Positions 7,301-14,224 of a stretch of DNA of 14,224 bases are shown piece by piece. The stretch lies in assembly GCA_038279365.1 (NCBI GenBank), contig JAYODI010000014.1, positions 24,274-38,497 of the forward strand, read 5' to 3'. The DNA comes from Candidatus Latescibacterota bacterium. GTDB taxonomy: Bacteria; Latescibacterota; UBA2968. A program made the position numbers and the translations under genes. The notes under the pieces were generated by a model, which searched no databases, was not told the DNA's origin, and saw nothing but the letters and a program-made list of their open reading frames with translations. How positions within the stretch are numbered: position 1 is the first letter of the stretch; each line of letters begins with the position of its first letter.

Positions 7301-8689
7301 ATGGCAGAAGATATCATACAAGAAAAAGGTGTTGAAGACACAGAAGCCCGTATTCAGGCGTTGCTGGAGGTGGTGACGTCGTTGATGGCATTAGACGATG
7401 AGGCAGGGTTGCGCAAATTGCTGAATCAGGAGCACAGTGCAGATGTGGCAGATGTGCTTCGGCGGGTAGATGACGAAACAACCCAGCGGTTATTTGCCTA
7501 TTTGGACAGCACACAGGCTGCGGAAGCATTGGTTGAATCTGATGCATCCACTTTGCGAACCATTGTGGATGATTTGGAGCATGAGGCCTTGTCTGGGCTT
7601 GTTGAAGAAATGGCACCAGATGATGCGGTGGATGTGCTTGCCGAATTAGATGAAGAACATGCCGCTCAAGTCTTAAACTTTATGGATGAGGAAGAGGCAC
7701 AAGAATTACAAGACTTGTTGGCGCACGAAGAGGATACAGGCGGCGGGTTGATGACGCCCGATTTTGTGCTGGTGCACGAAGGGGCAACCGTTGGAGATGC
7801 GTTAATAGCATTACAAAATGAAGAAGAAGCCGCCGATTTGTTTTATGTGTTTGTGGTTGATGATGAAAACAGACCCGTTGGTGCGATTTCTATTCACAAA
7901 TTGGTGCGGGCAAAACCAAATCAATTGGTGAATACGATTATGACCAAAGACGTTGTGACGGTTGGTTACGATACGGATCAAGAAGAAATTGCGCACATTT
8001 TTGGGCGATATAATTTGATGGCGATGCCTGTGGTGGATGAGGCTGGGCGCTTGGTGGGGCGGATTACTGCAGATGATGTGATGGATGTTATTGAAGAAGA
8101 AAGCTCGGAAGATATTTACAAAATGGCAGGTACCAGCCATGACGAAACCGAAAATTTGTCGGTATTTGGGGTTGCCCGTTCTCGGTTGCCATGGTTGATG
8201 ATTTGCCTGGTTGGGAGTATCTTTTCTGGTGCAGTCATTCACTTGTTTGAGGCCACTTTGTCACAGGTGATTGCCTTGGCAGCATTCTTGCCCGTGATCA
8301 CAGCAACAGGGGGCAACAGTGGTTTACAAGCGTCTACAGTAACTGTGCGTGGGCTGGTTACTGGGCAGGTGTCATCGGGGCTCATTTTAAAAACGGTTTT
8401 TAGAGAATGTGGTATTGCACTGGTAATTGGTTTAACGTGTGGCGCAACTGCAAGTTGTGTGGCGTGGTTTTGGTTGGGTGAAACATTGGTGGGTATTTGT
8501 GTGGGGCTGGCTATGTTTTTGGCTATATCGGTTGCAGTACTGATGGGTGTTTTGGTGCCCATGACGTTTGATCGTTTGGGCATTGATCCTGCCATAGCTT
8601 CGGGGCCTTTTATCACCACAACCAATGATATTTTAGGCTTTTTTATTTATTTGGGCTTGGCAACGTTGATGTTGCAATATTTATCATAA
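7301..8689 (+). CDS. mgtE: Magnesium transporter MgtE (462 aa)
   Basis: ATG 7301 follows GAGG. It has an acidic N domain, GGLMTP, a CBS pair, RSRLPWL, GGNSGLQ, and DPAIASGPFITTTND with the conserved pore Asp. Confidence 0.96.
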   Translation: MAEDIIQEKGVEDTEARIQALLEVVTSLMALDDEAGLRKLLNQEHSADVADVLRRVDDETTQRLFAYLDSTQAAEALVESDASTLRTIVDDLEHEALSGLVEEMAPDDAVDVLAELDEEHAAQVLNFMDEEEAQELQDLLAHEEDTGGGLMTPDFVLVHEGATVGDALIALQNEEEAADLFYVFVVDDENRPVGAISIHKLVRAKPNQLVNTIMTKDVVTVGYDTDQEEIAHIFGRYNLMAMPVVDEAGRLVGRITADDVMDVIEEESSEDIYKMAGTSHDETENLSVFGVARSRLPWLMICLVGSIFSGAVIHLFEATLSQVIALAAFLPVITATGGNSGLQASTVTVRGLVTGQVSSGLILKTVFRECGIALVIGLTCGATASCVAWFWLGETLVGICVGLAMFLAISVAVLMGVLVPMTFDRLGIDPAIASGPFITTTNDILGFFIYLGLATLMLQYLS

Positions 8690-8702
8690 GGAAATGTTTT
8701 AA

Positions 8703-9530
8703 ATGGAATCCGTACAAGGAGATTTCGTCACAAATTTGATACAGTCTGACCTGTTTCAATATATCAAAATGGCCAGTCAGGTGGTTTTGTTGGTGCTTGT
8801 GGGATGGTTTGGAGGGATGTGGGCCCGAAGAGGGATTTTAAAGTCTGCACGTAAAATGGGTTTTGATGAGATTTTGTGGGGTTATTTTGGTACTGTGGTT
8901 CGTTATACCATCATGATAGTTTCATTTACCACAGCCATACGCATGGCAGGGATTGATATTTCTCCTATTCTGGCAACTTTTGGTATCAGCGGTGTGATCA
9001 TTGGGTTGGGAGCCAGGCAATCGATTTCCAATTATTTTTTTGGCATTATGATGTTATCCGCTCGTCCCTTTAAGCGGGGGGATTTGATTGAGTTTGGGCC
9101 CCCGCCACAAATAGGGGTTGTGCGTGAAGTGAAAATGACCTACACCGCAATGGATACCTTAGACAATGTGAGATTGGTGGTGCCAAATTCGGTGGTGTGG
9201 CGAGGAAAAATTACCAATTTTTCCGTTCATACAGATCGGGCCATAAAAATCACGATAAAATTTGGCTATGATGTGGATGTCGATTGGGTTCGGGATTTGG
9301 CCGTAAATGTTCTTTACGATCACAGTGCGGTTTTGAACAATCCTGAACCTCGGTTTACGCTGGGCAATATGACAAGTGATCATGTAATTGCGCAACTTGT
9401 TGCCTGGAGCAGAGTTGAAACAATGACTGTTTTTGGTGATGTGATTACGCAAATGCGTAAAGCTTTTGAAACGGCTGGCCTCAGTGTTGTTGTTCCTGCT
9501 GGAGATATTGATTTGAAACGTGAGGAATAG
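8703..9530 (+). CDS. Small-conductance mechanosensitive channel (MscS family)
   Basis: Three predicted TM segments, a Gly-rich TM3 (GISGVIIGLGA), RPFKRGDLIE, GVVREV, VVPNS, ITNFS and a C-terminal beta/alpha domain. Confidence 0.92.
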   Translation: MESVQGDFVTNLIQSDLFQYIKMASQVVLLVLVGWFGGMWARRGILKSARKMGFDEILWGYFGTVVRYTIMIVSFTTAIRMAGIDISPILATFGISGVIIGLGARQSISNYFFGIMMLSARPFKRGDLIEFGPPPQIGVVREVKMTYTAMDTLDNVRLVVPNSVVWRGKITNFSVHTDRAIKITIKFGYDVDVDWVRDLAVNVLYDHSAVLNNPEPRFTLGNMTSDHVIAQLVAWSRVETMTVFGDVITQMRKAFETAGLSVVVPAGDIDLKREE

Positions 9531-9532
9531 GC

Positions 9533-11035
9533 ATGCCCGAAGAGACAAAAGAAAACGAAACGGTATGGCTTGATTTTGATACTGTTATGGCGCGGTTGAC
9601 CCTGAAGCGCCCCGAACTGTATCGCTTGGTGAAAGATGGCAAGTTAAAAGCCGAAAAAAAAGATCAATTGCTTCGGTTTTCGGAAACGGTTGTGGTTGAT
9701 TTTGATACAAAACGCAATAATGACGAAAAAGTTTTGTTGGATGCCATTGTCGCTTGGGAAGTGTTGCTTTCAGAACGGTTTCCAATACCTAAAAAAGAAG
9801 AAGCTCCACCGACCGAAGCTCCCAAACAAGAAGAGGCTGAACGGGTTGACTCAAATTCCGAAAAAGATAAACCCATTGCAGAAACACCTGAGGTTCCAAC
9901 AGAAACAAACGTGTCGAAACCTACAGAAGTTAAGGTTGATGTGGGCGCACGCGTGAAGGCATTGGTGGATCAGTTGGTTCGGGCAGGTATTCGCGAGGGC
10001 ATTACAGATCTTTATGTAGATCCGTTGTCTGTTGGTGATCGCATTCTATTCCGCTATGGTGATGCACTCGTCAACTTGGGGAAAGTTGAGGCGTGTTTGT
10101 CTGGGCCATTGCGGGTTGCATTGCGAGAATTTGGTAAGATTGCCAACGATGATGATGTGACCAAACGGCGTGGTATCGTGGCATTAACCGAACAAGAGCA
10201 GGGGCATCAAATACTCATAGAGATTGCTCCCACCCGTCTTGGTGATCATGTGCATATTCATTATTGGGGTGCCGATAAGAGTGCCGATTTGTCTGCGTTG
10301 GGATATTCTGATGAGCAAGCAAATCTTGTAATGAATCAGTTGGCTGCATCTGGATGTATTCTGATTGCGCGGGGTGTGGGAGCTTTTGACGATTTGCACC
10401 ATGTGGCTTTGGGGCGTGCAGTTGCCGAAAGCAATTTGGTTGTTTCTTGTGAGACGGGCATTTTTCCCAAATCAGAGCATTTGGTACAAGTGACAGTAAA
10501 TGCCAAAGATGAAAACGGTTTGGCAACAGCCCTAGACACGGCATTGGGTTTGGAGCCAGATGTGTTGATGATAGATTTGGTGTCAAAACCCGAAGAGTTA
10601 AAAGCCTTGTTTGCCATTTTGTCGATGGGGGGCGTGGTGGTGGCGGGGGTTCGGGCTTTGGATATGGCAGATGTTTTTCGTCGGTTTGCTGCATCAGATA
10701 TTGAAACAGAACAGCTTCAAAAGTGGCTATCTTTTGGCATCGAAAGAGCCTGGGTTCGTCGTTTATGCCCCGATTGTAAAACTGTGCGTGAAATGACGGA
10801 TGAAGAAAAAGGTTTTTGGAAAACGGAAAAAGAAGCACGTGTATGTGAACCTGTTGGATGTGTCCGTTGTCAAAATGGATATTTGGATCGGCGTGGTATT
10901 TTTGGTATTCGTCGAAAGCATTTGTCAACGGATTGTTTGGGAGCGGGTTCGGTGATTCGCAAGTGCTTGTTGGATGGCGAAATATCGGAAACCGATGCCC
11001 GCCAAGTGTATGCACGCTTTGGGGAGGTCTCTTAG
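9533..11035 (+). CDS. Excisionase-like HTH fused to a degenerate PilB/GspE-family ATPase domain (probable pseudo-ATPase)
   Basis: The N-terminus WLDFDTVMARLTLKRPELYRLVKDGKLKAEK...LRF resembles HTH_17/Xis and is followed by a P/E/K/T-rich linker. GspE-like segments then appear in the expected order: LVDQLVRAGIREGITDLYVDP...ILFRYG, APTRLGD, LSALGYS, LVQVTVN, ALGLEPDVLMI, RRLCPDCK...GCVRCQNGYLDRRGIF, LLDGEIS. Confidence 0.8.
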   Translation: MPEETKENETVWLDFDTVMARLTLKRPELYRLVKDGKLKAEKKDQLLRFSETVVVDFDTKRNNDEKVLLDAIVAWEVLLSERFPIPKKEEAPPTEAPKQEEAERVDSNSEKDKPIAETPEVPTETNVSKPTEVKVDVGARVKALVDQLVRAGIREGITDLYVDPLSVGDRILFRYGDALVNLGKVEACLSGPLRVALREFGKIANDDDVTKRRGIVALTEQEQGHQILIEIAPTRLGDHVHIHYWGADKSADLSALGYSDEQANLVMNQLAASGCILIARGVGAFDDLHHVALGRAVAESNLVVSCETGIFPKSEHLVQVTVNAKDENGLATALDTALGLEPDVLMIDLVSKPEELKALFAILSMGGVVVAGVRALDMADVFRRFAASDIETEQLQKWLSFGIERAWVRRLCPDCKTVREMTDEEKGFWKTEKEARVCEPVGCVRCQNGYLDRRGIFGIRRKHLSTDCLGAGSVIRKCLLDGEISETDARQVYARFGEVS

Positions 11036-11051
11036 CAATTTTTAGGAATCT

Positions 11052-12869
11052 ATGAAGCAAATTTCCAATTTTTTTAGGTCTGCTTTTTGGGGTATACTGA
11101 TCGTGCTTTTCTGGCACCCATTGCGTGTCATGGCCCAAGATGACCTCGTAATCGAGTCGCTCCAGTTTTGGGGCAATAAAGAAATATCAACCAGTGTGTT
11201 GAACGCGCAAATGCTTACCAAGGCCACGCCATGGTACGATTTTATGCCATTTGTAAAGCCCCGCAAATTTGATGCGGGGCTGTTTCATAGTGATATGCAG
11301 CGTTTAAGGGCGTTTTATCAAGGAAAAGGTTTTTATCAAGTCCAAATTGATACCACGTTGGGACAGCGTAAAAATGGACACCTCTTTGCTCAGATTCGTA
11401 TAAAAGAAGGTCCTCGTTCTCGTTTTGGTATGCTCCAAATATTGGGGGTAGACAGCAGTCGTATAAGTGTTCATGGGGTGGTTGCCGATTTGCAAAAACT
11501 TTCGGGAGAACCTTTTGTACAAACTCAACTGGCAACCGAATTAACAAATGCTTTGCGCGTGTTAAGAAATGAGGGATTTGCATTTACCAAAGCAGAAGTT
11601 ACCTCTTTTGTAGATAGTCTGTTGGTCAATGTTGATGTTATTTTTGAACTGGGGCCAATGTGTACGGTTTCTGATATTCAGATCAGTGGCAATGTAGGTG
11701 TTTCCCAAAAAACGGTTTTAAGGGGACTCACGTTTGCTGAAGGGCAGGTGTTTGAGGGGAAGCAGTTGGATGACAGCCGTCGACAATTGTATCGGGCTGG
11801 TGTGTTTCGCGCTGTGCGCATCGACCTACCCGACACTGTTTTGCAGTATACACCCGTGCGAGTCAATGTGTCTGAACGCCCTTTTCGGAGTATGACATTG
11901 GGTGGGGGGTATGATACCGAAATTGGTCTTCGGGCATCTGCGGCCTGGTTGCATAGGAACTTTGGGGGGGGCGCAAGACAGTTGAGGCTTTCTGGTAGGG
12001 TGTCTTCTGCATCAAGAGATATTGTGGTGGGTATTCGAGAACCCTACTTTTTTGGGGGGCGCAACTGGTTAAACTTGAGCGGTTTTGTTCAAAGACGCCA
12101 ACAGGCCGATGCAGAACAAAATGAATTGGGTGGCAGTACGTCATTTGAGCGAAACATATCTGAGCGGTTGGATTTTGTGCTTCAATTTAGTGGTGGGTTG
12201 GTGGCTTCGCAAACCGACAGTGCTTTTAGTGAGATACGGGCTGCATTACGTTGGGATACACGTGATGATCTTTTTGATCCACACGAGGGTTTTTTGGCAT
12301 CCTTTACGGTGAGAGAGCGCGGGTGGTGGTTACATTCTCCTTGGGAATTTTGGGAGGTGACCACAGAAGGGCGTTGGTTTCAGCCGTTGCCTTTTAAGAA
12401 TGTGTGGGGTATTCGATTGGTGGGCGGTGCCATATTTCGGATCAATACACGCGAAGATGTGCCCACCATAGAGCGATATTACAGTGGGGGATTAAACAGT
12501 GTGCGCGGTTGGAGTTATCAGGAATTGGGACCTAAGGAAATTCGTTTTGACAATAAAAAAATGAGGGATGAGATCGTTCCTCTTGGTGGTACCAGTCACT
12601 TTGAGGGAAGCATTGAACTGCGAACGACCTTGTTGCGTTATTTTGGGACGGCATTGTTTGTCGATGCCGCACGGGTGGCGAATGAACTCAATGCTTTTTC
12701 CCTGCCAGATTTACAATGGTCTGTTGGAGGCGGATTGCGTTTGCTCACACCTGTGGGACCCGTGCGTTTTGATGTTGGATATCGCATATCAGATGATCCT
12801 GTGTTAGACAATCATGTCGATTTTGATTCTCGATGGCGCTTGCATTGGAGTTTGGGACAGGCTTTTTAG
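11052..12869 (+). CDS. Omp85-family outer-membrane protein, TamA-like (signal peptide, about 3 POTRA domains, beta-barrel)
   Basis: Signal peptide ending VMA|Q; POTRA-type segments (FWGNKEIS...YQGKGF, LRNEGF, ISGN...LYRAGVF); barrel motifs WDTRDD, YSGGLNSVRGW, TPVGPVRFD; C-terminal SLGQAF. It lies directly upstream of a TamB-like gene. Confidence 0.92.
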   Translation: MKQISNFFRSAFWGILIVLFWHPLRVMAQDDLVIESLQFWGNKEISTSVLNAQMLTKATPWYDFMPFVKPRKFDAGLFHSDMQRLRAFYQGKGFYQVQIDTTLGQRKNGHLFAQIRIKEGPRSRFGMLQILGVDSSRISVHGVVADLQKLSGEPFVQTQLATELTNALRVLRNEGFAFTKAEVTSFVDSLLVNVDVIFELGPMCTVSDIQISGNVGVSQKTVLRGLTFAEGQVFEGKQLDDSRRQLYRAGVFRAVRIDLPDTVLQYTPVRVNVSERPFRSMTLGGGYDTEIGLRASAAWLHRNFGGGARQLRLSGRVSSASRDIVVGIREPYFFGGRNWLNLSGFVQRRQQADAEQNELGGSTSFERNISERLDFVLQFSGGLVASQTDSAFSEIRAALRWDTRDDLFDPHEGFLASFTVRERGWWLHSPWEFWEVTTEGRWFQPLPFKNVWGIRLVGGAIFRINTREDVPTIERYYSGGLNSVRGWSYQELGPKEIRFDNKKMRDEIVPLGGTSHFEGSIELRTTLLRYFGTALFVDAARVANELNAFSLPDLQWSVGGGLRLLTPVGPVRFDVGYRISDDPVLDNHVDFDSRWRLHWSLGQAF

Positions 12870-12879
12870 GTGATGGTCA

Positions 12880-14220
12880 ATGACAAAAAAATATAAATGG
12901 TTGGGTGCTCTTGGTGGATCAGGATTGGTTTTTGTTTTGCTGGTAGGTATGTTCTATTGGGTTTTGGTTTCTGGCAAAGCAAATGGATGGATTCGTGACT
13001 ATCTCGTAGACGAATTGTCGAGTCAGTTGGCATTACCTTGTCACATAGGACATATTGAAGGCAACCCTTTTGGTGGATATCAGGTGTTGGATGTACGGGT
13101 GGGAGACTTGTTTTTGGCAGATACGATAGAGGTGCATTATAAACCCGTTTTTGCTTACCGTGTTGTGATCGATTCGCTAAAGATAAAAGGATTACAAGTA
13201 AACATATCAGAAATCAAAAACGCAGAATCTCCAAAAGATTTTAACGCATTAAAAACATGGGTGCCTTTTGAAATTGCCAATATTGACATTGCTCGGGGCA
13301 CGGTTGTTTTGGCCGATAAAACTGAAATATCCAATCTGTTTTTTAGGGGTGGATTCTCTGCGAGAGACGATGTTTTCAAACTCATTGTGTCACGCTACCA
13401 GTCTCATCAATTTGATCCGCCATGGGTGATCTCAAATTTAAGTGGGATAGGGGTTATGGATGGCGGACAAATTGCATTGCAAGATGTAGCGTTGTCATTG
13501 CCACACTCTCAAATTTACTTGAGTGGTAAGGTGGGTAATTTGAATCGTCCCCTATTTGATTTTTCATTTCGCGGCAATCCGTTGTCCTTGCAAGATTTTC
13601 GTACATGGCTGCCTGATCAGTCACCTGACTTGTTATTTGATGCAGAGGGTGTGTTACGCGGTGGTTTACAATCTGCATCTGCAGAAATGACAGTTCAATG
13701 GGATGCTACGACGACGAATATTTCCGTCAATGGTTCTTTGGTGCCGCTCGATATTCGCGTAGATGCCCATGCATTGATGCACCCATTTACATTACAGAAA
13801 ATATTAAAAAGTGAGACGAACGTTCTTGCAGAAGGAAAAGTAGATGCTGTTGTTTATCTCGACTCTATGGGGGTTAATACGGTAAGCACGGAGGCGCATA
13901 TTACGCGATTGGTGGTGGGTGAGGTGGTTCAAAAAGAAACCCTTGTCAAGGTGTCATACGATGCTGGAGATGTGTCTGGAGAAATAACAACTGTTGGGAC
14001 TTTGGGGCATTTGGATCTGCGAGGCAATTATCACTTAGGCCATAAAAAGGGACAGGCTCAGATTGAGTTTCAAGAATTAGATGTGTCATTGCTGCCTGAA
14101 GCACCAAGGGAACTCAAAAAGCTTACGGGGCAAGTTTCAATTGTTTCCGATTCGTTATGGACTGGGCAACTTCATTTGACAAAAGCTTTTTACGATTCAA
14201 ATGAATTCAAGAATTTATAG
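12880..14220 (+). CDS. TamB/AsmA-like inner-membrane-anchored beta-taco protein (N-terminal portion; stop codon 4 nt from the window end)
   Basis: Basic N-terminus plus one TM helix, then IRDYLVDELSSQL...HIGHIEGNPF and long amphipathic beta-strand sequence. It starts 10 nt after the tamA-like gene. No DUF490-type C-terminus is visible. Confidence 0.7.
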   Translation: MTKKYKWLGALGGSGLVFVLLVGMFYWVLVSGKANGWIRDYLVDELSSQLALPCHIGHIEGNPFGGYQVLDVRVGDLFLADTIEVHYKPVFAYRVVIDSLKIKGLQVNISEIKNAESPKDFNALKTWVPFEIANIDIARGTVVLADKTEISNLFFRGGFSARDDVFKLIVSRYQSHQFDPPWVISNLSGIGVMDGGQIALQDVALSLPHSQIYLSGKVGNLNRPLFDFSFRGNPLSLQDFRTWLPDQSPDLLFDAEGVLRGGLQSASAEMTVQWDATTTNISVNGSLVPLDIRVDAHALMHPFTLQKILKSETNVLAEGKVDAVVYLDSMGVNTVSTEAHITRLVVGEVVQKETLVKVSYDAGDVSGEITTVGTLGHLDLRGNYHLGHKKGQAQIEFQELDVSLLPEAPRELKKLTGQVSIVSDSLWTGQLHLTKAFYDSNEFKNL

Positions 14221-14224
14221 GCAT

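Noticed and set aside
1881-9548. Other short antisense or alternative-frame ORFs within dnaJ, clpB, pyk, mgtE and mscS
   Set aside because: They largely or entirely overlap conserved genes and show no independent motifs or RBS support.
9566-9703. Excisionase as evidence of a prophage or ICE
   Set aside because: The HTH is fused in frame to a larger protein, and there is no integrase, att repeat or phage gene in the window.
10215-11138. 307-aa antisense ORF
   Set aside because: It lies opposite the motif-bearing plus-strand genes, has no recognisable domain, and its P/H/Q-rich composition is what the G/T-rich sense strand would produce.

Overview
This is a bacterial chromosomal window from a diderm (it encodes an Omp85/TamAB pair) with three parts. 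(1) A 5'-intact, secreted modular protein on the minus strand (1082 to the window edge) that the ORF track misses. It has a signal peptide, a CBM-like beta-sandwich and an internal double EF-hand dockerin-like repeat. (2) A divergent protein quality-control operon, hsp20 - cbpA-like class B dnaJ - clpB. It is preceded by a near-consensus sigma54 -24/-12 element and two matching imperfect palindromes that could be enhancer sites; I found no CIRCE or HAIR element. (3) After a structured intergenic region of about 260 bp with a strong terminator, a tightly packed run: pyk - mgtE - mscS - [excisionase-like HTH fused to a degenerate PilB/GspE ATPase] - tamA-like Omp85 - tamB-like. The most unusual element is the HTH-GspE/PilB fusion: its Walker A, Asp box, Walker B and His box are all degenerate while the CxxC...CxxC zinc motif is kept, and no pilus or T2SS genes lie in the window. 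All family calls come from motif recognition by eye; no searches were run.
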